A stretch of 64,000 nt of DNA from positions 5,254-69,253 of the forward strand of contig CAZVMV010000004.1 of assembly GCA_964628855.1 (NCBI GenBank), written 5' to 3'. Shown here piece by piece: positions 54,495-63,633 of the stretch. Made by a program: the position numbers and the translations under genes. This DNA is from an uncultured Gammaproteobacteria bacterium. Lineage in GTDB: Bacteria; Patescibacteriota; Patescibacteriia; UBA10025; JAHIVO01. A model generated the notes under the pieces. It did no database searches, was not told the DNA's origin, and worked only from the letters and a program-made list of their open reading frames with translations. Positions within the stretch are counted from its first letter, which is position 1, and each line of letters starts with the position of its first letter.

Positions 54495-54857
54495 ATGAAA
54501 AAAATACTTATCGTCGAGGACGAGCCAGGGATGGTCAAGCTACTTTCCCACAGGCTGTCTCTCGAGGGGTATGATGTAAACAGCGCCTCTGACGGAGAGG
54601 CGGGCTTAGGATTGGCGCTAGAAAAACATCCTGACCTTATCCTCCTGGACATACTCATGCCGAAGCTGCACGGCCTGGCATTTCTGCGAAAATTACGTAT
54701 GGATGCGTGGGGTAAAAACGCCAAAATCATCGTCATGACCAATATGCACGATCCGCAAAAGGAGGCCGAGGTACGAAACGAATGGCACTGCGATTATATC
54801 GAAAAATCAGACTGGAAACTTGAGGACTACGTTAAAAAAATTAAGGCTACAATATAA
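54495..54857 (+). CDS. stand-alone response regulator receiver
   Basis: MKKILIVEDE...LILLDILMPK...K, with C-terminal SDWKLEDY. I chose ATG 54495 because the longer ORF (54429) overlaps tRNA-Ala. Confidence 0.85.
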   Translation: MKKILIVEDEPGMVKLLSHRLSLEGYDVNSASDGEAGLGLALEKHPDLILLDILMPKLHGLAFLRKLRMDAWGKNAKIIVMTNMHDPQKEAEVRNEWHCDYIEKSDWKLEDYVKKIKATI

Positions 54858-54862
54858 AAAAT

Positions 54863-55234
54863 ATGGCCAAATATAAAATTCTCGTGGTTGAGGATGAAAA
54901 TTCACTACGACGAGCACTGGTAGAGAAACTAAATCACACCGGCTACGCGCCCATCGAGGCGAAGGACGGCCAAGTCGGCCTGGCAACGGCCTTGAAAGAA
55001 AAACCTGATTTGATTTTATTGGATATTGTGATGCCGGTCATGGACGGCCTGACAATGCTCGCTAAGCTCCGTCAAAACGCTTGGGGGCACGATGTCCCGG
55101 TAATCCTGCTTACCAATCTAAATGAGTCAAAGGATATTGCTGAGGCGATAAAAAGCGGCGCTTATGATTATTTGGTGAAATCAGACTGGAAACTTGAGGA
55201 TGTTATTGCGGTCATCCGCCAGCATCTCAAATAA
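54863..55234 (+). CDS. stand-alone response regulator receiver
   Basis: KILVVEDE...LILLDIVMPV...ILLTN...VKSDWKLEDV. 123 aa, no output domain. Confidence 0.85.
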   Translation: MAKYKILVVEDENSLRRALVEKLNHTGYAPIEAKDGQVGLATALKEKPDLILLDIVMPVMDGLTMLAKLRQNAWGHDVPVILLTNLNESKDIAEAIKSGAYDYLVKSDWKLEDVIAVIRQHLK

Positions 55235-55249
55235 TTACCTCTCCTAATT

Positions 55250-55642
55250 ATGCGCACACCGAAAAGAGCGATCGAAAAAACAATCCTGATCATAGAGGAT
55301 GATACGGTGTTACTATGGGCGCTCGCCAAAACGCTCAGCAAAGAAGGTTTTGTGGTGCATAAAGCGACTGATGGGGAGGCTGGTTTGGAATTGGCCATTC
55401 GCGAACATCCGGACCTGATACTGCTCGACATTATCATGCCGAAAATGGACGGGCTGACTGTCCTGAAAAAACTTCGCGCCGACACCTGGGGCAGGAATGC
55501 GCCGGTTATCATACTGACCAACCTGTCCGCAGCCGACACGGCCAAGGATGTGGGGGACAAGGCACAGGACTATCTCGTGAAAGCGGACTGGAAACTGACT
55601 GACCTGGTCATAAAAATAAAAAAACGCCTTAACCTCAAATAG
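55250..55642 (+). CDS. stand-alone response regulator receiver
   Basis: ILIIEDD...LILLDIIMPK...IILTN...VKADWKLTDL. 130 aa, no output domain. Confidence 0.85.
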   Translation: MRTPKRAIEKTILIIEDDTVLLWALAKTLSKEGFVVHKATDGEAGLELAIREHPDLILLDIIMPKMDGLTVLKKLRADTWGRNAPVIILTNLSAADTAKDVGDKAQDYLVKADWKLTDLVIKIKKRLNLK

Positions 55643-55653
55643 AAGACAAATTT

Positions 55654-55678
55654 AAAAAACGCAGCGATGCGCTTTTTT
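55654..55678. terminator. candidate bidirectional terminator
   Basis: AAAAAA-CGCA-GCGA-TGCG-C-TTTTTT: a short GNRA-capped stem with complementary A/T runs, between convergent genes. Confidence 0.45.
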
Positions 55679-55689
55679 AATACTTTTTG

Positions 55690-57927
55690 TCACCTCTTAT
55701 CCACACGGGTGACGCGGGTATACTCGCTGCCATTGACCGGCTCACCCTGCCTGGTCAGTACATAGCGGTGGTAAAACAGGCCGGGCGTAGCAGGAGACTT
55801 GAGGTAAAAAGTGAAAGTTGCTGTACCGCCCGGACCGACCCTTGTCTCAGACATTGCGCCTATTGTAGTCGGATTTTGCCAGCGTGAATCATAGAAACGG
55901 CTTGTAGCGCCACCTAGGTCATATGAACGTAACAGCACTGTGCGGTCCCAAGTTGCTAAGCCGGTATTCTTGAATTTCATGGTTATTTTTACCCGGCCGG
56001 ATGCAAATGTAGCGGGAGTAAAATTCTGGCTCATGACCGCCGCCTGGTAGGTAGAATCAACACGTGTAATTGAATACGACGGTGACATCACTACTTCCTG
56101 ACCGCCAACCAACCGGTAATTATTCAGGTAGGTGCCCGGATTGGCGGGACTTAAAAAACGGACGGAATAATTTGCCACCTCCCCCGGCTTAACTTCGGCT
56201 TCATTAAAATTTACGTTTCCCAAACGGCCCGGCCAGGAAGCGTCCTGGAATCGGCTAACCGCGCCGCCGAGGTCCTCAATAACCAATTTCACGTCCCCAC
56301 GTTTCCATGTCACTGTCCCCATATTCTTGAACTGTAAAGTGGTCGTAAATCGCTGTTTAGCGAAAACGGCCGGTGCGATTTTCTGCTGCACCAAATCTGC
56401 AGCATATGGCAAGTCTGTGACCAATGCCGTCAAAATAAAATTCCCTCCTTCAACCGGCTGATCGCCAATTTGCAGCAGAAAATTTTCAGCCACCTCCAGC
56501 CGGTCCGGCGGAGCTTTGATGGTAAAAGTGAAACGCCCAACTTCACCGGGAGCGACGTTGGCAGTCGTTAAATTGGCAACAACCTTATCAGACTGCCAAT
56601 TTGCCGCCCGAAAGGTTGAGCCGGTATTTAACGTGGCGACCTGTATCGGCATGGAAACGTAATTCCGCCAGGTAGTATTGCCGTCGTTGCGGAAATCTAC
56701 CCAAACCTGTTTATCTATTCCGGATTTCACGCTAACCGGGTTTTCGCTCTGTCCGATGTAACTAGCCTTATAGACGGGGGTAACGGCTCCCGCAGCCAGG
56801 ACGTCATATTTTGCCTGGGCTTCTGTACGGATCACTGAGATTTGTCCGTATAAGTTTCCACCTGGACAGGTAGTGCAGTCAAGATCCTTATGGCCGACGA
56901 CATTCGGATAATCTGCATCAATCAGAAAACCAGAGCCGGACGGGCTAATTTCCTGTGACAGACCTTTTTGGGAAATCAAATCGGTCAGGGCATTCCGCAC
57001 CTTATCATTGAGCGTCGTCGAACTTTCATAATCGCCTAGAACCGCGATACCAATGGTTCCCCGGTTAAAATTTGCCTCATATTGGGCACCACCGAAACGC
57101 AGCCTGGCACATGAGGCGTCGCGGTACACATGGGCCCCGACCACGCCGTCGCCGCCATTCCGGCCTTCATAAATATTCCCGTTCTGGTCAATCAGGTAAT
57201 TGTACCCGATATCCCCCCATCCAAGGACGATGGCATGCCAATAATAAATTCCACGTACAGTCGCGGCCGGGTCTGCCCCGCCGTCACTGCCGGCCGTATG
57301 GTGGATGACAAATTTTTTCGGCCATACATATTCAGCCGGCCAAGTCTCTTCGCCATTGGCATTTTTCCGCCAATTCTCGTCAGCCTGCCATTGCGAACGA
57401 CTAATGATAGGGGATATCGACTGGGCTGATGCCGACAAAATTAATTTCTTCAAAAAACCAAATACTGAATATGACATATCCGGCGAAGTGTTGACGTAGA
57501 TAAGTTTTACACAAGATGTCTCGCCATGATTTATGAATTTATATTGGAGAGAATCAGCCTGCGCCGCCAATACTGGTTCTATTAAATAGTGCCAATTACC
57601 CTGCGTAACTGCGTCCATAGACTCCGGCGCGAACCATTTTGACCACTCCCCGTTAACTCGATAACGCAAAGAAAAACTTTCTGGCGCCTCTCCTTGCCAG
57701 GCTGCTCCAACCAACCCAAATACGAAATCAGTAGAATAAACAGGTGAAATATACTCTCCATCTGATCGGATAATCCTATCGGCCAATTCGCCCTGCCGCA
57801 CGCCCAGTTCTCCGGAAGCATTAGCGCCACCAGATAAAAAAACAATTGCCACAACAGCAATTGCCATTACTATAAAAAATTTTTTGAGGCCTCGGCCTCT
57901 TGTTTTATTATTTGTTTTTATTTTCAT
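55690..57927 (-). CDS. N-acetylmuramoyl-L-alanine amidase (Amidase_2/PGRP type) with four C-terminal Ig-like (NBR1-type) repeats
   Basis: Signal anchor. Catalytic region FVIHHTAG...GWGDIGYNYLIDQNGNIYEGR...GAHV...GHKDLDCTTCPG. Four repeats of about 110 aa follow, carrying (F/W)(R/K)N.G..TW and F.F..(K/L).P motifs. Confidence 0.85.
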   Translation of the reverse strand: MKIKTNNKTRGRGLKKFFIVMAIAVVAIVFLSGGANASGELGVRQGELADRIIRSDGEYISPVYSTDFVFGLVGAAWQGEAPESFSLRYRVNGEWSKWFAPESMDAVTQGNWHYLIEPVLAAQADSLQYKFINHGETSCVKLIYVNTSPDMSYSVFGFLKKLILSASAQSISPIISRSQWQADENWRKNANGEETWPAEYVWPKKFVIHHTAGSDGGADPAATVRGIYYWHAIVLGWGDIGYNYLIDQNGNIYEGRNGGDGVVGAHVYRDASCARLRFGGAQYEANFNRGTIGIAVLGDYESSTTLNDKVRNALTDLISQKGLSQEISPSGSGFLIDADYPNVVGHKDLDCTTCPGGNLYGQISVIRTEAQAKYDVLAAGAVTPVYKASYIGQSENPVSVKSGIDKQVWVDFRNDGNTTWRNYVSMPIQVATLNTGSTFRAANWQSDKVVANLTTANVAPGEVGRFTFTIKAPPDRLEVAENFLLQIGDQPVEGGNFILTALVTDLPYAADLVQQKIAPAVFAKQRFTTTLQFKNMGTVTWKRGDVKLVIEDLGGAVSRFQDASWPGRLGNVNFNEAEVKPGEVANYSVRFLSPANPGTYLNNYRLVGGQEVVMSPSYSITRVDSTYQAAVMSQNFTPATFASGRVKITMKFKNTGLATWDRTVLLRSYDLGGATSRFYDSRWQNPTTIGAMSETRVGPGGTATFTFYLKSPATPGLFYHRYVLTRQGEPVNGSEYTRVTRVDKR

Positions 57928-57939
57928 TTTGCCCTTATA

Positions 57940-59256
57940 TTATAGCGCATTTTGGGCATTTTGTCCAGCTGTGGATTGGTTTTTTGCGGAATGAATTAAT
58001 CCCGCCATTGTCCAAAAAATTATAGCCAAGTCATTCTTGAAATATGGGGTATCAAGTAAGCCATGGACAAGCAACGCCACCATGCCGGCCATCAGGCCAA
58101 TGGCTAAAGCATTCATCGAATAATCTGGCATTTTGCTCTGTATGACACGCCGGGCCTCACGGAAATATTTTGCCACCAGCCAAATAAATGCAATCAATCC
58201 AGCGAGCCCCATCTCGATCCACAAGGTTAAGTATAATTCATCAGGATTTGGGAAATACTCTACATGGGATGCTTCCTTGTATTTGTCATAAACAACTGGA
58301 AAACTAGCCAGCCCAGTACCTAAAATCGGATTAGCCTGAATGATCCGAACGGCACCTTTCCACATGACCACATGGACATCCGCGGACGTATCTTTAATAT
58401 CTATAATTGAGACGATCTGGTTTCTGGTGAACGGGACTAACATGCAGACGATCAACACGAACAGCGTCGCCACCCAGATCCATTTGCGCCATATGGAAAA
58501 AAAACTGGAAAAAATGATCGCCGCCGCCAAACCAATAACCGCTCCGCGTGAAAAAGAAAACAACAATCCGAGGCATCCGAAAATTATTACGCCAACAGCG
58601 AATAAATGGCGCTTGACTCCATCCCATATGGTGCTTACTCTGGGCTGGATCCGAGCTAGCCACAAACCCACGAACATCGCTAAAATTGGGCCGATGAATT
58701 TCCCGACTGCAGTTGGAAAAGGAAAAATGGACGTGGCGCGTTTCGGATGCTCCAAACCATACGGGGAGGGAATATGCAGGAGGCCAACGTACTGAATCAG
58801 GGTGATATAACCGACCACGACCACCGCCGCACCCAGAGACCATATCACGCCCCTGATCTGTTCTTTTGTTTTTACCGTATTAACAAATACAAGGAAAAAT
58901 AGTACCGGTTCGATCACATAAGCTTTACATAAACCTAGCGCCTGGCGCTTATCGGGGGAAATAATTACTGCCAGCGTACCGGCCAAAACAAACAGCAGGA
59001 TCGCCCAGCGCCAGGGGAGCTGGGCAGGACATGCTTTTGTGCGGATTCTCACGTCAATTATTTTCATGATCCAAATGCCAACAATAACCAGCAACATAAC
59101 CTCTAAAATAGTCATCGGTAAAAATCCCACCGAAAATCTGATGAGATACGCGGGGGAAAACAGAATTGCTAAACAGATCGCCCAATCCAATTTCCACCAG
59201 GCGATATATGCGAATATCAGGGTAAAGACTATTATCAAAACTGTTTCCATGCCCAT
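57940..59256 (-). CDS. O-antigen ligase-like (Wzy_C family) polytopic membrane protein
   Basis: About 11 TM helices. FSFSRGAVIGLAAA motif and a periplasmic-type loop followed by LYLTLWIEMGLAGLIAF, as in Wzy_C/WaaL/PglL-type proteins. Confidence 0.7.
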   Translation of the reverse strand: MGMETVLIIVFTLIFAYIAWWKLDWAICLAILFSPAYLIRFSVGFLPMTILEVMLLVIVGIWIMKIIDVRIRTKACPAQLPWRWAILLFVLAGTLAVIISPDKRQALGLCKAYVIEPVLFFLVFVNTVKTKEQIRGVIWSLGAAVVVVGYITLIQYVGLLHIPSPYGLEHPKRATSIFPFPTAVGKFIGPILAMFVGLWLARIQPRVSTIWDGVKRHLFAVGVIIFGCLGLLFSFSRGAVIGLAAAIIFSSFFSIWRKWIWVATLFVLIVCMLVPFTRNQIVSIIDIKDTSADVHVVMWKGAVRIIQANPILGTGLASFPVVYDKYKEASHVEYFPNPDELYLTLWIEMGLAGLIAFIWLVAKYFREARRVIQSKMPDYSMNALAIGLMAGMVALLVHGLLDTPYFKNDLAIIFWTMAGLIHSAKNQSTAGQNAQNAL

Positions 59257-59275
59257 ATTGTACCGCAGTCAGTAA

Positions 59276-59304
59276 CAAAAAAACAACCCGAATGTCCTCG
59301 GGTT
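59276..59304 (-). terminator. rho-independent terminator (minus strand) after the upstream Wzy_C-like gene
   Basis: On the minus strand: AACCCGA-GGACAT-TCGGGTT hairpin followed by GTTTTTTTG. Confidence 0.6.
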
Positions 59305-59314
59305 TCCAAAATGG

Positions 59315-60778
59315 CTATCCCTGACTTTGTTCTGGTTTTAAAGCCATATTTTGAGCGGCGATCAGCAATCCAATCAGCATCCAGACATGCATCACATACA
59401 ATGTCGAAAAAGTCAGGTACTGTACCAGAATTCCGACAAATGCCGCCAGTAATCCGACAATAATTGATTTAAGATACGGATCTTCCGTTCGGCGAGCCGC
59501 TCCCCATGACCGGATAATCAGCATCAGCGCCAAGGCCATAAAACTGGCCAACCCAAGGATTCCGCTTTCCGCCAATACTTCAACATACTCATTATTTACT
59601 ATCCGCCACCCATTCTTTGGCTCGTAATATGGGTGCGGCGCCGCATAGGGCCCAAATCCTCCAATGCCTACGCCAATGAGCGGATGCTCGTGCCAGGCCT
59701 GGACAGCAGTGGCGATTGTATCGACCCGTTCCTCGTACGAAGCGCCGTAAAAAGCGTTGCCGACATGTTCTTTAAACTTATCAAGGGTCAAGGCTTCACC
59801 GCTTGGCGACAAAGTCCTCACAACTATATAACCGACCAGTGCCACGCAAACTAAAATAACAATAATAGTCGTGGGCCGTAAAAGTTTTTTCCAATACCAG
59901 ATGCCGGCCACCATTAAGGCGGCCGCTATCGCCAAATACCCGCCCCGGGAAACTGTCAAAACTAAATTCACCATCCCCAGTCCAAGCAACAACAGTAAAG
60001 CGCCGTATCGCATGGTCGTTGACCCAATCCCGGTCTGCCACCGGCTACCGGCATTGCTGCCAGCCAGCCATAACGCAAAAATAACAGATATGGGTAATAA
60101 TAAATAATTGGCAAAATATAGAGGTTCGTAAGCTGTCGATTGCACGCGCGTGAAACCAAGCACGTCTTTTGTATATAAATCTCGCAAACCGGTAATTGTT
60201 TGCGGCAGACCGGCCATGTCGCCAAGGAACTGAAACAGTCCAAAGCCAGACACCAAAACAAAACTAACAATAAGCGCAATCACCACTTTACTCAGCTGTT
60301 GTTTTGTCACCACAATATTCGGCATAACCAAGGCAGCCATAACAGTAAAGATGGTATACGTCAAAACGCTTAATGACCGACCAGTATTAATGGAATTCGC
60401 CAAAGAAATAAATTGGAACGCCATAAATACCATAATAGGTATCAGCACGGGATTGCGGGCAAAACGATATCGCTTGAAAAAATACAGATGGAAAAACCAG
60501 GCTAGAGCTGTGGTAAGCAATAGAATCTGGCTGAGACGAATGGTCGTTCCGCCGGCCTCATATGCCCCCAGACGTTCAAAAGGCAGGCAAAAAACAATCA
60601 AAATCGCGCCCCAATAAGGCTTTTGGTATATTAAATAAAAAACCACCGCACCGATCATCATGGCCAGGGCAATATACCAACCGATATTTACGCCAATAAA
60701 GTTTATAGCCAAAATGCCCCCCAAGGCGATCATGCCCAGGGTGATAGACACTACTTTCTGGCTAAGTAAAAAAGGCAT
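59315..60778 (-). CDS. second O-antigen ligase/polymerase-like (Wzy_C family) membrane protein
   Basis: At least 11 TM helices. LTVSRGGYLAIAAAL and NNEYVEVLAESGILGLASF motifs. Confidence 0.65.
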   Translation of the reverse strand: MPFLLSQKVVSITLGMIALGGILAINFIGVNIGWYIALAMMIGAVVFYLIYQKPYWGAILIVFCLPFERLGAYEAGGTTIRLSQILLLTTALAWFFHLYFFKRYRFARNPVLIPIMVFMAFQFISLANSINTGRSLSVLTYTIFTVMAALVMPNIVVTKQQLSKVVIALIVSFVLVSGFGLFQFLGDMAGLPQTITGLRDLYTKDVLGFTRVQSTAYEPLYFANYLLLPISVIFALWLAGSNAGSRWQTGIGSTTMRYGALLLLLGLGMVNLVLTVSRGGYLAIAAALMVAGIWYWKKLLRPTTIIVILVCVALVGYIVVRTLSPSGEALTLDKFKEHVGNAFYGASYEERVDTIATAVQAWHEHPLIGVGIGGFGPYAAPHPYYEPKNGWRIVNNEYVEVLAESGILGLASFMALALMLIIRSWGAARRTEDPYLKSIIVGLLAAFVGILVQYLTFSTLYVMHVWMLIGLLIAAQNMALKPEQSQG

Positions 60779-60780
60779 AT

Positions 60781-61905
60781 TTATTTGCGTAACAAAAGAT
60801 AATAATCCCTGACCATCCGTTCCAGGCTGAACATCGTCTCTACTTTTTGTCGCGCACGTTTCACCATTTCGCCCGATTCGGAACGGTGGTTAAAAAGGTA
60901 GATGAGCTGATCAGCCATGTCCTGACTGTCGCCCGGCTTTGCCAAAAGTCCGGTCCATTGATGATCAATAATTTCGGGGATGCCCCCGAGTCGCGTACCA
61001 ATAACCGGAATCCCGCTTGCCATCGCCTCTACCAATGTTATCCCAAATGATTCGCGGCGCACCGAAGGTAAGACAAGCGTATCAAAATATGAATACCATT
61101 TATCAACCTCCCGCTGGTACCCGACCCATTGGATAGCCTCCTTCAGGCCGAGACGCTCGGACAGCCATACTAATTTTTTCCGCTCACTGCCCTCGCCGAC
61201 AATAATCAGTCTGACGAAAGGTATGAACTCCTGGATAATCTTCACGGATTGGATAAGGAATTCCACCCCTTTTTCAGGTTCCAGGCGAGCCACGCACCCG
61301 ATATTGAACCGCGCAGACTGCTCCCACCGCCGCTCCTTAATATTGAACCTTTTTAGGTCAACCCCATTATAAATAACGTTAATTACCGATTCATGCACCC
61401 CGATATCCTCAATCAACTGCTCCTTTATTGCTTTGGAGACGGCCACAATAGATACGCCACGTGAATTCCAACGATAAAAAAGCCTCAAAGGATTTTGTGA
61501 AAGCCAGCGCTCAACAGTGACATGCTCAACCCAGATTACCTTCATACCCAATAACCTGGCCGGTATCGTGGCTAATATTTTTTCCGTCAGCGAAAGGCAA
61601 TACAGAATTGTCGTCCGCTTCATTAAACGATAGTAAAGTAAAATTCCAGAGAGCGAAAAAAAGGCAAAAGGCGCGACAATTGGCCACATCAAAATCCGAG
61701 TTACTGATACTGGCTCGACGCCACCCCACCACCTCTTCGATGGCCAGCGACGTTTCTTAAATTCAGATAAAAGCACCCGGCAACTTGATGCTAAGAAAAA
61801 ATTAAAGTCCTTTTGCCTCAATTCTTCCGCAAGCGACAAAGTGTGACGCTCGCCGCCACCCATCATTGAAGAAAGTGGAAATTTCATGATTAAAACATTT
61901 TTCAT
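60781..61905 (-). CDS. glycosyltransferase family 4 (GT-B, retaining)
   Basis: C-terminal domain with PS..ESFGITLVEAMASGIPVIGTRLGGIPEII (EX7E-type motif). 4-nt overlap with the upstream flippase gene. Confidence 0.85.
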   Translation of the reverse strand: MKNVLIMKFPLSSMMGGGERHTLSLAEELRQKDFNFFLASSCRVLLSEFKKRRWPSKRWWGGVEPVSVTRILMWPIVAPFAFFSLSGILLYYRLMKRTTILYCLSLTEKILATIPARLLGMKVIWVEHVTVERWLSQNPLRLFYRWNSRGVSIVAVSKAIKEQLIEDIGVHESVINVIYNGVDLKRFNIKERRWEQSARFNIGCVARLEPEKGVEFLIQSVKIIQEFIPFVRLIIVGEGSERKKLVWLSERLGLKEAIQWVGYQREVDKWYSYFDTLVLPSVRRESFGITLVEAMASGIPVIGTRLGGIPEIIDHQWTGLLAKPGDSQDMADQLIYLFNHRSESGEMVKRARQKVETMFSLERMVRDYYLLLRK

Positions 61906-63323
61906 ACTGGCCTTCGGCTAATAATTTCTCTAATCGTATCCCTTGTTATCGCTTTCAACATAAAAAGGCCGGCCACATATACCAGCCCGCCGGACAACAA
62001 CCCCAACCACCAGCCCTGCCCGTCCAACAACCACAGCACTACGGCCATGAGGCCGCTGGCGACAAGCGCCTTGCCGAATACAATTAATGATGGCCAGGCC
62101 TTGGAAGTAATCGACACGATCAGCGCCGCCGAAATGGTAACCATAAATTCTGAGGCAATGGTCATCCAGGCGGCGCCAAAATAAGAATACCGTGGGATAA
62201 ATACCATGTAACCGGTTAATGATACCGCCGCAACGGCCAGATATAGCCACATCATGGTCCTCTGCTTGTTGATGGCTACAACGGTATTTCCGAAAAGATT
62301 TCCGATGAAAATTGTGCCGGTGGCGACGATCAACAATTTCAAAAGCGCGGCCGAATCACGAAATTCCGGAGCGATCAGGTCCATTATCGGCTTGGCCAAA
62401 AACATCGTACCGACGACGAGGGGGATGGCCACCATCGACATCGTATCGAATCCTTTGCGCAGCACCCGTTTAAAACGTTCGGTGTCGTGGCTGGCCCAAT
62501 TCGCGGCTAACATCGGCAGCACCAATCCGGCAAACATCGCCGGGAAAGTCGTCAGGACTTCCAAAACCTTATATGAGGCGCCATATATCCCGACGGCCAC
62601 ATCACCTTTATATATTGATAGTAAAATGGTGTCCGCCTTGAAATAAACCAAATTGAATGCGATCGAGAGGGCGATCGGCCACGACTCCTTGATTATCGAT
62701 TTCCAAACCAACCAATCGAAAGCGAGCCTGATTCGCACAAAAGCCCGACTGTATTGGAAAAGAAGGGTAAAGTTTATAGCGCTACCAATAACGACTGACC
62801 CCAAAATCCAGAGCAAGCTCATATGCTCCCTGATGACAAAAAAAGTGGCGACGATCAGGGCCACGCGCCCGGCTAATTCCGCGATCATGACCCTGTCCAT
62901 ACGCAAGTTTTTCTGGAACACGCCAGTCAATGCCTGGTTTAGGGTGATGCCTAAATATGACAATGAGGTGATCAGGATGCCCCATTTAACTATTGCGGCA
63001 TATGGAAAAAATAATGATACGGCCGGGGCTAACCCCAGAAATATTATGGCTGACGTCAAACGCAGCGTAAATATATTACTGGCCACCACGTCCTGATCGA
63101 CGTTTGGTTCCGACAATTTCTTCACCAGAATGATGTAAAGCCCCATATCCACCAGCACGCCGAAAAACTGCAAAAAGGCCATCACGGTCGTGTACTGTCC
63201 AAAACCGCCTTCGCCCAAATACCGGGTCAGCATGCCGATTACAATGACTCCGATTACTGTACTGGCAGCCTTGCCAATAATTTGGATAATTGTGTTGTGG
63301 GCAATTTTCCTAGTGTATGACAT
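61902..63323 (-). CDS. oligosaccharide flippase (MOP/Wzx family, polysaccharide biosynthesis protein)
   Basis: About 14 TM helices. The N-terminus MSYTRKIAHNTIIQIIGKAASTVIGVIVIGMLTRYLG is typical of Wzx-type flippases. I prefer ATG 63323 to the TTG at 63404. Confidence 0.8.
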   Translation of the reverse strand: MSYTRKIAHNTIIQIIGKAASTVIGVIVIGMLTRYLGEGGFGQYTTVMAFLQFFGVLVDMGLYIILVKKLSEPNVDQDVVASNIFTLRLTSAIIFLGLAPAVSLFFPYAAIVKWGILITSLSYLGITLNQALTGVFQKNLRMDRVMIAELAGRVALIVATFFVIREHMSLLWILGSVVIGSAINFTLLFQYSRAFVRIRLAFDWLVWKSIIKESWPIALSIAFNLVYFKADTILLSIYKGDVAVGIYGASYKVLEVLTTFPAMFAGLVLPMLAANWASHDTERFKRVLRKGFDTMSMVAIPLVVGTMFLAKPIMDLIAPEFRDSAALLKLLIVATGTIFIGNLFGNTVVAINKQRTMMWLYLAVAAVSLTGYMVFIPRYSYFGAAWMTIASEFMVTISAALIVSITSKAWPSLIVFGKALVASGLMAVVLWLLDGQGWWLGLLSGGLVYVAGLFMLKAITRDTIREIISRRPV

Positions 63324-63633
63324 TATCGGTAAATAAAAATACAGTAAACAATAATTTACGGTAGTATGCAAATCAATCCTACCATTTACCGGGGTGATTG
63401 ACAAACCCCTTTTTTTGTGCTATCATTAAGGCAGAAAAGGTGAGTCAATAGCAAAATAAAAAATAAAAACCACTCCCAAGATTATAAGCGGAGTAGTCCA
63501 AAAATAAAACCACCTTTTCCAAAAAACAAAACAAAAGGCCAATTAAACCCACGAAAACTCCTCTCAGATGTCCGGCCTTATGTCGCTGAGGAATTTTTTT
63601 ATCGGTGAATTAAAAATAAAAACAAAATTAATT

